Shown here piece after piece: positions 13,900 through 26,110 of a DNA stretch of 64,000 nucleotides (position 1 is its first letter; each line of letters begins with the position of its first letter). This DNA comes from the human T2T-CHM13v2.0 reference genome, Homo sapiens. A program made the translations under genes and the position numbers. The stretch lies in the NCBI RefSeq assembly GCF_009914755.1, contig NC_060925.1. The stretch is one strand, 5' to 3'. Under the pieces are notes generated by a model, which saw nothing but the letters and a program-made list of their open reading frames with translations, searched no databases and was not told where the DNA came from.

Positions 13900-14186
13900 T
13901 CCTTCCCTCTCTTCTGCTTAGTTCACTCCTCTTCATCATTCAGTGTTTGGCCCCAATGTCAGTATTCTCTGATCCCTGAATCTAGACTTAGTCACTCTCT
14001 CCTCAGGAGTCCCACTACACTTTTCATGTTTTCTTATGATTATCCATTTACATGGGTCCAAGCCTTCTCCTTTACTGTGAGCTCTTTGAGGCCAGGCATT
14101 CCTCATTCATCTCAGTATTATTAATGCTTGTCACAGAGCCTGGCCTATAGCCTGTGCCCTCCATAAGTGTTTGAGGGAAAAATGAA
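13900..14186 (+). mobile_element. L2 3' end
   Basis: actgtgagctctttgaggccagg...cacagagcctggc...taagtgtttgagg...aatgaa. Confidence 0.65.
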
Positions 14187-14671
14187 CACTCACACCCACT
14201 CTCCATCTGTAGAGAAGTGCTTGTGTTCACACATTGCATTTGCTCTTGTGTGATGAGACATACTGCATATACCCAAATATATACACACTCTCCCACATAT
14301 ACAGATTTTTTGGAACATGCTTCCCAAATCAAACAATACATTTGTGTGATACAGACTTTTAAAAATCTGATCTTATTTCCTTTTCAAGTTGAATGCATAT
14401 CTTTCTCTTCCTACTCTTTGAGCTGCTAATACTAAGTTGACATGATCATATATTCTTAAGATTGAGAGCACTTGCTTTTTTTTTTTTTGCTAATGTTATT
14501 ATTGTTTTAACTACTTAAACAGTTTTTATTTTTTGCAGATCAGCTTGTTAACACTGTATAATAACAATGTAAAAAGAAATATCTTGCAGTTTGGGTCATA
14601 AGTGAAAGACATTTATTTAAAAAATCTTCGAATGAGATTATTCCAGAACTTTTCTCTACAACAATGAGTAT

Positions 14672-15137
14672 TGATACCAAACATACTCCCCTGTGCAAAA
14701 CAATTCTTTGACCAAGCTTACTTTCCTATTTTCATGCTAAACAATATTGGGGCCAGGCAAAAATAATTTAGCTTCTTGCTTCAGGAAATGCCTGCTCCTA
14801 GAAGATAAGACTGGAACCAACTAAGGAGATTACTTATCAAGACTAACAGCTTGTTCATCAAGAACTCTTTCAAGACTCTCCCCTCATTGTGCCCACCAAT
14901 CCCGGTCTATTCTATCACAAAATCTGCAGAATCCCAATCAGTATGCCTTTTTGCGAGACTTGCCTTAAAATCACCCTCTACACTCTGTAAATACCCTCCC
15001 CTGAAATCCTTCTTCTCAGCTCAGACACTACTAAGACTGTATTATCATGATAAAGTTCTGCTTTACTGTGTTACATCTAATAAATTTAGTTTTTCTTGAT
15101 AGACAGTTTTTCTGGTGAAGTTTTTAGGGATGAAACA
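14672..15137 (+). mobile_element. 5' LTR of an ancient ERV1-class provirus (MER110/MER90-like)
   Basis: TG...CA ends and AATAAA near 15079. Collinear with 21611-22786. Confidence 0.7.
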
Positions 15138-15711
15138 TTTGAAAAATCCTCTAGATTCTACCAAAATATAGTGTCTCAAGACCCTGGAATTGGATTAGCA
15201 TGCTCCCCAAAGACCCCTTGAGCTTCCTGTCTACAGTGTCTCTGATTGCAGTGGATAATAGATTCCTTAGTTGGTCAGAGCTGTGATTAAAAAAAAAAAT
15301 TCAGCTCCCAAATATTTCCTGGGAATAAGAAATCTTTGTTTCTGAATTCTTTGATTATCTGATCAGAAGTGAAATCTTTTTTCCTTTGAGAAAAGCTGTC
15401 TTGTGACTAAAAACACTGCTGTTTGTCTTTTGGTTTGTCTGTCCTCAACACTTTCTGCTGAATGTATGTAAGAAGATGATCAAAAAAAGAAGATGGGTGT
15501 AGGTTTGAGGAATTCATCTCTTGAGTAGTTCAAAAGTTCTCCTTATGTCAGGCTTCTTATAAGGCAAACTTTACCTTGGGTTTCCTATTAAACTCTTATG
15601 AGACCTTTCCTCAGTCTTGTCTTATTTTATCCATGAGCATTTGGGTCAAGGCAAGTTTTCTACTCCAAATCTTCCATTTGAAATTGGCGGTGGCTAACTA
15701 TTAGGTTAGGG

Positions 15712-16259
15712 TGTGATGGGTAGTTTTATATGTTAGTTTGATTGAGCTAAGAAATGCCCAGATAGTTGATAAGACATATTTCTGGGTTTGTATATGAGGG
15801 TGTTTCTGGAAGGGATTAACATTTGCATCAGTAGACTGAGTAAAGGAGATCACTCTCATCAGTGTGGGTGGGTCTCATCCAATTAGTTGAGGGCCTGAAT
15901 AGAACAAAAAGGCAGAAGAAGGACAAATTCTCTCTGTTTTTGAGCTGAGACATCCATCTTCTCTTGATCCAGTACATCAGCACTACTGGTTCTTGGGCCT
16001 TCAGACTCTAATAACGTATTCTATTGGCCCCTGGCTCTCAGAGCCTCAAACTCAGATTTACTATTGGCTCTCCAGTTTCTCAGGGATTTGGATTTGGGCT
16101 GGAACTACACCACCAGCTTTCTGAGTCTTCTAGCTAGCAGAGCAGAGATTATGGGATTTCTCAGCCTCCATCATTGCATGAACCAATTCCTCATAATACA
16201 TCTCCCTATATGTATTTACGTATATTCTGTAGGTTCTGTTTCTCTGGAAATTTAATACA
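15712..16259 (+). mobile_element. MLT2 (ERVL) solo LTR, MLT2B-like, inside the ERV leader
   Basis: tgtgatgg...gagggcctgaatagaacaaaaaggcag...ggttctgtttctctggaa...taataca. Confidence 0.9.
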
Positions 16260-18204
16260 AGGAACAGTGGGCATAAGCAAATTATCCAGAATACCATGGC
16301 TTTCATGAGGCTGTCTCAGTCCAAGTCCATGCTCCAATGCAGCTGGGGAGATCCCAGTGTGAAAGGCTCATGGGACCTCAGGGGAGAATTATCTTTTATG
16401 TAAAGGTCCTTGAGGCCCTGGACCTCAGAAGAGTGTTGGGAAATTTGCTTCTATCATGTATTTTCACTATAGTTTGTTTGTTTGTACATTTAAGTGGAAT
16501 AATTTTACCAAGGATAATTTAGAATTACAGTGGCTATTTTGACGAGCATTTAATTTGAACAAAACTATTCATTTGAGAGATATTTTAGAAAAAGAATGGT
16601 CTGCAATTTTCATTGACATAAGAACCTAGCAAAAGAAATTTAGTTTCTCAAATTGATGCTTTCAAAAGATTCCTTAGCCATGGCAAATGAGAAATATAAA
16701 AACCTCAAAACTATTTTTCTTAGACCCTCCTGAACTTCCATCTGAATATAACTGCCTTTATTCCACTCTTCCTCCTTCCTAGGCTCCTACATTACCCTTA
16801 TTCCCACCCCTTCCGTTGACTCATCTCCTTTCCCTTCTAGCCAAGAAGAAACTCCCAAATCTCAAATGTTTTTTAGAGTTAAACCCACTTCAGAACAGAT
16901 CAAGTTCTATTGTGGTTGACTTTAAGCCCTGATCTTTGTCTGAATTGAAAGCGATTGTTAGCTACTTTCTAAAGCATACACACAAAATAGAGACAGAAAT
17001 TTACAACAGAATTTGGAGTTGTTCTATTAGTAGATTATTTAGAGATCTCAGATTTACATCATTTGGCTCATATATTAATAGGAATCTCATAGGCAAAAAA
17101 AGAGGAATAAAAATTGAATGGAAAAGTCAGAATGGGGAGATTCTGAGTGACCTAATAGACCTTGAATTGTAGGGAAGATTAGAGGGGTTAGAAAAGCTGT
17201 AGATGTAGAGCAAGAGCTGTAAGATGCCATCCTCAAAGTCTGTTCTGTAAAAATAGATTGTACTGTAATCTTGTTCTACAGGCAAAGAAAGGATGAATCT
17301 ACTGGTGACTTCAGGAGTAGGCTTTTTAACACCTTTATACAGCGTTCAGGAATAGATCCAGGAGCAGATGTGACCCTAACTCTATCTTCAGTTTCTTTGA
17401 ACAACTTTAAGCCAGAACCAGGGGATTTAATATGAAAGCAAAAACAGGAATGGGAAGTAGCTCTGTTGCCTGGTCTCTAGTCATTCACTCAACATCTTGA
17501 AATAGCCTTAAAACACAATTGGAATAAGGTGTAGTATGAATTGGTGGTCTCACACATAAAGAAACTGCACGTTCCCTACTCTATCACAAGAACATGGGTA
17601 GAGAGTTATTAATAAAGACACCTGTAAACAACGTAAGCAGAAAAAAAATGATAAAACAATTGCACTGTGGTAGTTAGAAACTGAAGGAAAATATTGAAGT
17701 GGGTAGACACTGAAAATGCTCCAAAGGGAAATTCAGCATTTATTTTCCCATTTTTACCCTCAAATTTACAAGTAGAAATTTCTGCAAATGTTAAAGGACA
17801 ACCTGCCAGATTGTTTATCGATACCACAAACCCTGCCACCAGTACACAACCTTTCTCTTAGAATCAAGAAACTAGTAATCTCTAGGTATTTCTTCATCTT
17901 AGTCTATAACCACCACCCTTCGACTTTTAACCAAATAACATTTTTTCCCCTTCTCTGTGATACCACATCTGTGAACTTAACAGGGAAGGATCTAGTGGGC
18001 AAACGAAATGTTTAGATTAAGTGTTCCACTGTTGACCTCTTGAAATCCTGAGGATTCTCCTAGTCATAATCAGATAATAACTAATTGAGATATTGACATA
18101 CTGGTTTCTTTGCTTCTTAAATAAGTCCAATATGAAAATCTTCTCCATATATAAGACTACTTGTGAAAAAAAATTCCACTTATTTTGGCAAAATTATTGC
18201 TGCC

Positions 18205-18531
18205 GGCTATGTTCTGGATGTTTGTGTCCCTCTCAGATTCATATGTTGAATTCTAATCACCAAGGTGATGGCATCAGAAGGTGGGCCTTTGGGACATGAC
18301 TGTGCTCTGATAAAAGAGGCTCTTAGACCTGCCTTAACCTTTCTCCCACAGGAGAACACGGTGAGATGGTGCCTTCTATGCACCAGGAAACAGGCCCTCG
18401 CCAGACACTAAATTTGTCAGCACCTTGATTTTGGATTTCCCAGTCTCCTGAACTGGAGAAATGATTTTCTATAGTTTATCAGCTACATATTTTAGGGTTT
18501 TTTGCTATGGCATCCCAAAAGGACTAAGACA
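18205..18531 (+). mobile_element. MLT1A-type solo LTR between the ERV protease and RT motifs
   Basis: gctatg...attcatatgttgaa...ggactaagaca. TSD ctgcc/gtgcc. Confidence 0.85.
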
Positions 18532-18939
18532 GTGCCCAAAGCATCAGGGTTCAGATCGATCCACACAAATCTTGATACAAGTTTGCACAATACTGTTTAA
18601 AGCCAGAAACTCAAAAGGCTAAAACCAGTAGTTAAAAGACTACTAGAGAAAAGTCTCTTTATACCTAGTACCATTCTTGTAATTTTCCTTACCTCCCAGT
18701 TAACGAACGCTAAAGAAAAGGACATAGATTCATCCAGGACTTCAAGGCCATAAACAAAATAATCATTCTCTCTTCTCTTCCTTGTGGTTGTGAACCCATT
18801 TATGTGTTACTTGAAGATACATTTTTTTTTTCTTTTTTGAAGTTATAGATCTGTGTTCTGCCATCTTTACTTTCTTTAGCTGTTTGCCTCTTCCTGGGGA
18901 GTTGAAAATATACCTGGGCTCTCTCATTTTTGGCAAAGA

Positions 18940-20040
18940 TGAGTTAGCCCTCCATCCTCCTCACAACTAAAAAAACATGGATGTAACAAAACAAACAGAT
19001 TGTAAAATGCAGAACGAGAGTAGATTGCCTAGGGACCTCTTGACTTGAGGAATGACATGGCAGCTGATCATGTGGTTTTTATTGTTGCCTCCCATATATT
19101 TCCTAAAGGGAGCTTCAAAGATCTCCATCCCAGAGCCACCAACAGGTTTGTTGTCCATAGCTAAAGGACTGAGAAAAAGGTAGCCTAACAACAGAAAACT
19201 ATTTTGGCAATACCTGCCATATGCCAAATAAACACCAATAAATACATTGCATTCCTCCCTGCAGTTTCAGTGGAACTGAACAGAAAGCTGGTGTCCCTTG
19301 ACATCCTCCTACCCTGTGGAAGTAAGTTCAAGTTGTGATATGCAGATTCCTCTGCTGTCAGCAGACAAAGTGGAGACCTAATCTATCCCTTTCCAGGTAG
19401 AAGTCCTACTTGCAGGTAGTCCTTCTATCTGTCTGGTGGAAGCAGACTGTGCTCTGATATTACCCCCAAGCCAACAGGGTCGGATGGTAAGCTGAGACTT
19501 CACACCCACCCAGCAACAATGAGACATAATGAGGAGGTGCAAGGAGATAGTCACCACTATACTTCACCATCCACCCTCAGGATTCATGGAGCCCAGCCAG
19601 TAGCTGAGCCTTCATGTTCTCCTGGCATCCATGAGACTATACGAGGTGGTATGAGTTGAGGCTAGTCTACCAGCACTCCACTGTCACCTCACTTTTGGTG
19701 TCACAGGAGCCCTATGGAGCCCAAACTTCCACACCTACCTGGAGGCAACGAGGCCAAACAGGGCAGTATGAGGCAGAGCTAGTTGGCACTCTGGTTCCTC
19801 TGCCTACCCCAGTGTCAGTGGGTCCCAGTGGGGAGCTGAGCCTATAGTGTTCAAGAACATTGAACAATGCAATGCACATGAAGTAGGCTGATCAATATTC
19901 TTCTCTCCCCATCCTGTGCAGAGCTGAGCATACACTTCCACCTGGATCAGTAAAGAAAAATGAGGTGATGGATGGTGGGCTAAAAGTTGGCATTTTTTCC
20001 CCAAAATGGAAGAACCCAGGTATTTTTTTGACTCCCCAGG
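18940..20040 (+). mobile_element. Ancient L1M 5'UTR fragment with tandem monomers
   Basis: gaggaatgacatgg...ttgcctcccatatat resembles L1MC/L1MD 5' ends. It is followed by a ~115-bp degenerate array. Confidence 0.5.
19490..20000 (+). repeat. Degenerate tandem array, ~115-bp unit, about 4.5 copies
   Basis: Units begin agctgag or agcccaa at 19490, 19602, 19718, 19834 and 19922. Shared internal blocks: c(a)atgag/caacgag, gctagt, ggagccc/ggtccc. Confidence 0.7.
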
Positions 20041-20109
20041 GAGTGACAAACAGCTAAAGGCAATAAAGATGGCAGAACACAAATACACATACATTGTTGT
20101 AATTTCATG

Positions 20110-21510
20110 CCAGTAACTTTTGTTGTGCCCTGGAAGAAGTGTGGTGCTTTAATAAATCCTGAAATATGTGGCATTGATGTTGTGATTAGGTGGCAGGCAG
20201 AAGCCTGGCAAGGCTCAAGGAGGTTGCCAGCAAGGGCACAAAGACCTGAAGGTTGTGGCAGAAACTGTCATTGCAGTAACATGGAAAAGAGGAAACACAG
20301 CCAATAAACTCAATGGTATAGTAAGGAGATTTCCACGCAGAGTGCTCAAGAAACTGTGGATTTTTCTAGCTGCTTATAATAAAATGTAGGAAGACAGAAA
20401 ATAAACTATTCAGTCTTAAAGTTGGATTTAAAGGAAAAGTAGAGGCTCCAGATATTCTTTCTAGCCAGCAGAAGGTTCTCAAAGTAAGAAATATCCTATG
20501 GCAAAGATCAAATTCAGGGTGTTACCTAGAAAAAATAAAGCTGAAAATATGGCTAGTAAAATCCCTTATTAAAATCTTAGAAACACTTAAATCAGCACCT
20601 CAAAGACTCTTTCAAGAAGACCAAATGTCTTCTAATGATAGTATATGTATGCTTCACACATTCTCTCCAATAAGTAATAGGAGAATTCCAAGGTCATTGT
20701 TCTACAACCACTCTGAAGAAGACCCAGGGAGAGAACCTATTCTGAAAAGATTTGTGGGTGTGGTTTTGTTTAATAGTGTGGAATATAAATCAACTTGTAA
20801 GAAGCCCAAAAAGTCTTTAAAAGAATTATAACAGCTTGGAGAGAAAAGGATAGGGACATTACAAATTAAAAAGTAGCCTTTGGGCTCTTGAATGTCTATA
20901 AGTAAGAAGCAGGTTGAGAAAATTACTTAACTGCAAACATAAGCTATTTCTGTGGGAAGGAAAGCAGACCAGAGGGCAGAGCCAAGAGATGACAGAGTGA
21001 TTCCCAGGGAGTTATTACTTGTCCTTAGTCAAGGAACTGGCCTCATGTGCCCTGCTTGTCTCTAAATTGTGTGGATCAATTATTGTGTACCTTCTACCTG
21101 TCCCTGTTTTTGAATAGGAATTACGATGCTTGTTCAGCTAATGTACATTTGGCGTGTGTAGAGCTAATAATTTGTCTTTCTTGTTTATAGGTTTTTAGAT
21201 CAAAAAGAATTGTACTCAAGGAATTGAAGCTATGGAGCCTCTGCCACATCTGGACCTGATTTTGATGACAAGATCCTGTACCTCAAGCCCGAGACTAATT
21301 TCATAATTTGATGAATCTTTTTGGAGAGTCATGGGAGGAATGTAAACAATTTGTGGCCAAAGGAGAATTATGGTAGTTTGAAGATGTGGATACAAATTAT
21401 TTGACATTCTTCTCATAGAAAGGTGATGCTTATGTCTCCACCCCTTGTAAACAAGCTGGCTTGTGACTTTGACCTATAGTGTATGGTGGGAGTGATGCTG
21501 TGGAACTGGA
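20110..21510 (+). mobile_element. MLT1 internal region plus truncated 3' LTR (MLT1F/G/H-like; LTR starts at about 21370)
   Basis: gaagtgtggtgct...cctgaaatatgtggcattg and aggagatttcca...ctagctgcttataataaaatg are MLT1-int motifs. LTR start reads tatggtagtttgaagatg...caaattatttgacattct. Confidence 0.7.
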
Positions 21511-21766
21511 ATTACTAGCATCAGGAAACCTACTTGCTACAGACCCAACAACGTGCAATGATCAGATCCCAATTTAGACTGTAAAAAGACCAATATCAGA
21601 GACTAAGAACTGAGATCAAACATACCTTCTTCCTGTACCAAACAGTTCTGGGGCCAAATATTGTCTACTGTCTCTATGCTAACTAGTACTGAAACCAGGC
21701 AAAATTAACTACTTAGCCGCTTGTTCCAGGAAATACCTGCTCTCGGAAGAAATAAGTTAACCCACC

Positions 21767-22123
21767 TGTATTAGTCTGTTTTCTGCTGCCATAACAGAAC
21801 ATTACAGACCAGATAATTACTTTGAAAAGTTTATTTGACCCACAGTTCTGGAAGCTAGGAAATCCAAGAGGATGGCACTGGTGTCTGGTGAGGGTCATGT
21901 TATAGTGGAGGAGTGGAGGATGGAAGCAAACACATGAGACAGAGAGAGAAATCAGGCCAGACTTACTTCTCTAACAAACCCCATCTCAATAACTAACTCA
22001 TTCCTATGATAATAGCATTAATTATCTCATGAGAGCCCTCATAACCTAATTACCTCTTAAAGACCCCACATCAATAAAATATCAACATGAGTTTTGGAGG
22101 GGACGTATATTTAAATAATAGCA
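21767..22123 (-). mobile_element. MST (MSTC/D-like) solo LTR
   Basis: tgtattagtctgttttctgctgccataac...aataatagca. TSD ccacc/ccaac. Confidence 0.85.
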
Positions 22124-22243
22124 CCAACTAAAGAGCTTACTTACCTTGCTCATCAAGACTTTCTTCAAGACTTTCATCGTGTTGTTTCTATCTACCCCAA
22201 ACTATTATTTCATACCCTTTGTTCCATCCCAACTAATTTTAGA

Positions 22244-22582
22244 TGCTACGGTCTGAATGTTGAAATTCATGTATTGAAACCTAGTCACCAATTTATGGTA
22301 TTAGGAGATTGTCCTTTGGGAGGTGATTGGGCCACAAGGGCTTCACTCTCATTAATGGAATTAGTGTTCTTCTAAAAGAGGCTGCAGAGAGCTGCGTTTT
22401 CTCCTCCATTGTGTGTGAAGGCAGTGAGAATTTGTTTGCAATGAATCAGGAAATGGGCCCTCACCAGACACCAGCACTTTGATCTTAGATTTTCCAACCT
22501 ACAGAACTGTGAGAAATGAATTTCTGTGGTTTATACCACCAACTTAGGGTATTTTGTTATAGCAGCCAGAACAGATGAAGGA
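22244..22582 (+). mobile_element. MLT1A-type solo LTR
   Basis: tgctacggtctgaatg...gggccctcaccagacacc...agaactgtgagaaatgaatttctg...tattttgttatagcagcc. Confidence 0.85.
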
Positions 22583-24569
22583 ACTCCACCTTGCCTTAAA
22601 ATGACTCATTTCAGGCCCCGAAATCCCATAAACACTTTCCCTTGATGTCTTCCTTTTGAGATACTATTAATATTCTGTCAAGGTAGTAGTCTGCTTTAAT
22701 ATAATCAGCTAGTTTTTTTTTTTAACCAATAGGTTTTTCTGGTGGGTTTGTGTGTGTGTGTGTGTGTGTGTAGCTAATAGTCAACATCACCTTATCAAGA
22801 ACAACTGTCTGAATATTAACTTACTTAGGACGTTTGTCTAGGGAGATGTTGATGTGTGGATGAGTTTAATCTTATTAATGCTCCACATGGGTATTCTAAG
22901 GCTGAGTCAAGGCATTTTTCTAACATAACATGACAGCATTAAATGATCCATTTCTAGTGTGTTTTTATTCCACACCACACATTTGTAGACCTAGGACTAC
23001 AAACATTATCTATGTCATTATAATCACATTTTTTGGTCCTTTCTAACTCATTATTCACAGGATGTTCCTGGAACCAGGACCTATATTTAACACTAATACT
23101 GTCATAAAAATAATCCACTATTGCAATTTACATGTTCACAAAATACTACTCTTTTGTAAACAAAGTAAATTTTCTAACTGTAATTGAACATCAAATTCAA
23201 GGCCAGATTCCCTAAGGTCAATTCAATTACAATTTACACAGTTAATGGAGTAACTTAAAGCACACATACATTTACACACATTCATACATACTTCTTTCAA
23301 AACTGTACTCAGAAAAACACTTTCCTGCTTACCACTGAAGGCATATATTGCTACTGGCATCTAGGCATTTTTGTTTGGGTAATCTACCTGAGTAAGGCAA
23401 GGCTTTTAATGGATGAGAATAAATGACTGTGTCAAGCTAAAAGTTTCAAGATCTTTCAAGTTTCATAAAAATGAATCTTTAAGTGTTCTCAGAATGCAAA
23501 ATTGGAGCTGCAATTGGATATCAAATCAGTTGCAAAAAGTGTGCAGCAGCTGTTGCTCAAGTTGAGACTCAGCTTGCAGTTTTGCAAAGAAGTTTCAGGA
23601 ATAGTTTGTTTGGCCTTGTCCCATCTTCTGAAATAATCTGATCAGGCATGAATTTCTTAAAAGGCTGCCAATTTGGTAGTGAGAATTTGCTCATACTTCT
23701 CCTGAACTTTACCTTCACAGCCTCTTAAGAGATGCTCACATATTAGTCCAACTCACGGGAGCATAAAGACGGCTGGTCCCTCTTCATCAGGTTTGGAGGA
23801 ATCTGATGAATTTTAGGTGCCATTATTGCTGAGAAGGGAATCATATTCTTTTAAATACAAACTTCACAGTGATTAAAAACAAAAATTATAAACAAGCAAC
23901 TCCTAATTGTTTCCATTTCTGATAATGGTTTTATTCCTCTTTTCTAATCTGAAAAAATGCACTCCAGGGTGGGTTGAATGGTGTCACTTGCTGCCAGCAG
24001 GGTTGGTTGCCGTGACATGGTAGCTGTGGGTGGGGTCCAAGGTGACAAGAGAGACTTCCACACCTAGCTGAATCACTTCCACTCCAAGGTCCACGTAATC
24101 CACATCATCCCATGTCCTGTTTCTGAGGGTCAGAGACTCAGTGGACATTCCTGACCCACTGCTCCTCAGTGGGGCTCAAGATCCCGATTTTATAATTTTT
24201 TAAAAAAAGGAAAACAAAAATAAAACCAAAAATAAACAATCACTCGTTCTCTACTTACATGCAGTGACTGACTCTCATTTAGCTTGATTTGCCCAATTTA
24301 TTCATATCAATTAATTGGATAATGAGTCACCAACAGTCTTTAGGTTTTACAGAACCATTATCCTCATTTCCTAATTTACTTCCAGGGAAATGATATATGT
24401 AAACATTTTCTCAAAAACGGGGGAGTGTATCCATTTTTCAATATATACAAATCATTATTTTTTCATTCCAACTCCTATCTCAAAATATGCAAATGTTTCC
24501 TGAAGTTCTCTTAGGATATTTGTCTATTTATAGCTCCCCTTCCCCTCTATTTAACACTGTTTTGAGGTG

Positions 24570-25120
24570 CTGTTTCTAAAATGCAAATCTGACTCCTCCA
24601 GTCACACTTCCAGGTTTAAAAGTCTTCGCAGCTTTCTATCACCTTTAAAACAGGATCCCAAGTGTCCTCCCTGCTCTGGGCCCTGACCAGGTCTGTCCAC
24701 CACCCGGCACGCATCTTTAAACTTGCATTTTTCTGACTTGCATTTTCTTCCCTCACCCCCTGGCTCATTCACAAACTGCTCCCATTGTTTACATTGCTTT
24801 TTACCATGGGTTCTCCTGGCACATGTTTATCTAGTGGCTGGTTCATTCTTCTCTGGGGCCCCAAATCTTCTTAGCAGTGGTTCCAGATTACCTCTTCCTC
24901 AGTGTTTCTCGGTAGTTTAGGTGTCCCTCTTCTGAGGTCCTCTCTCAGAATTGCCACGCTGTGTGGCCATCACTGACTTAGTTTTCCATCTCTCCTTCCT
25001 CACAAGAAGCTCTTTCAAGACAGGAACCGCCTTTTCTTTGTGAATGCTCAGAATTCCACTAGTGCCAGGCACAAAGGGAGCTCTCAGCTTCTCTGTTGAG
25101 TGAATGAAATGAATGCATGA
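24570..25120 (+). mobile_element. L2 3' portion
   Basis: ttctaaaatgcaaatctgac...agtgccaggcaca...tgttgagtgaatgaaatgaatg tail. Confidence 0.7.
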
Positions 25121-25424
25121 GGGGTTCTAAAGAACTGTGTAGCCTTTCACAAGCAATGTCCTCCATTACAGAGGGGGTAGGACTGCCTTTCTACTCTTGG
25201 GGAAAGCTCTGTGCCATCAAACTTCAGATATTTCAAAGTCAGTGCTTTTAGGAGAAAATATTCCATTGGAGCCTAGAAAGCTGCAAGAGGTAACAGGCAT
25301 GCAAGAGAAAGGGTCCCGTTCATCCTGGATCATGTCTGGCTCTTGGTAAAAAGACACAAGATGACTGTCTTTTTAATTCTTTTTTAGTGAATCTTTTTTT
25401 ATTCTTTTTTAGTGAATCTTTATT

Positions 25425-26110
25425 AGTTTAGCAAATAATTTTTGAGCACTATGTGCCTGGCACTGGGGATTCAATAACAAACAAAATATATGTGATCTGT
25501 CTTCACCAAGTTGAAATGGATCATGAGTGAAAAACATTAAATTCTCAAGCAAATGACTGCTAAGTTCCAGGCAATTGGGGTAAAGGTTGTGAAGAAGATG
25601 CAGAGTATCCTGAGAAGCTGCAAATTTTACTTTTTGTAGATACATGAGCCACATTTCTTCATTCCAAGAAAATATTTTATTAATATGTTCAACCTGATCT
25701 GTTGGGACAGTAAAGACTTCTCCAAGAATGGCCTATGAATTAATTTAAGGATGGTGGGTGGGCAAAATGAATTTAGGAACAGCATGCACAGAAGCCCTGC
25801 AAAAGAGAATGGAAACAAGGATATTATCCCTGGAGTGTGGTGAATAAGGAGTAAAGTCAGAGGGGGTAGGGCTTGGTGATGCCCCTTCGTAATCACTTGC
25901 TGACTCACTGAACAAGTCTTGATCACTCAAGCCCTTGCTGCGTTTGCAATAAAGTCTTGCAGATTTAATCCATAGACAAATGGAAAGCTTCTGAAGGTTT
26001 TCAGCAGAGGAGTTGCAAGTTTGCTTTATGCTCATTTAAAAGTATTGTTCTGGCTATTGTTTGGAGTGAAGGAGCAGAGAAGGTGGGTAGGTCATTAAGG
26101 CAGCAAATTT
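25425..26110 (-). mobile_element. L2 3' portion, tail-to-tail with the previous L2
   Basis: ttgagcactatgtgcctggcactggggattc...ctgaaggttttcagcagagg...ttctggct. Confidence 0.7.

Larger units (their letters stand above)
15138..18920 (+). pseudogene. Degenerate ERV1 internal region: leader, gag, protease and N-terminal RT
   Basis: Hand translation gives LELQWLF*RAFNLNKTIHLRDILE (16519), SELKAIV (16939), MHR-like RQRKDESTGDFRSRL (about 17280), decayed zinc knuckle DTCKQRKQ..NNC (17617), protease LFIDT (17811) and NLTGKDL (17974), RT GHRFIQDFKAINKII (18720) and VIDLCSAIF (18842). Confidence 0.85.
21611..22786 (+). mobile_element. 3' LTR of the ERV1-class provirus, split by two MaLR LTRs and a (TG)11 tract
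   Basis: Shares ordered blocks with 14672-15137: caaacatac, ccaggcaaaa, caggaaat.cctgctc, ccaacta, catcaaga, ttcaagact, cttgccttaaaat, gtttttctggtg, aaca. Confidence 0.7.

Noticed and set aside
19490-20000. CRISPR-like repeat-spacer array
   Set aside because: Whole units are homologous, there is no conserved short repeat with unique spacers, no cas genes are present, and the DNA is primate.
23490-23700. Coding-looking stretch within the repeat-free island
   Set aside because: The frames I translated by hand are short (under 50 aa) and resemble no protein I recognise. A blastx search would settle it.
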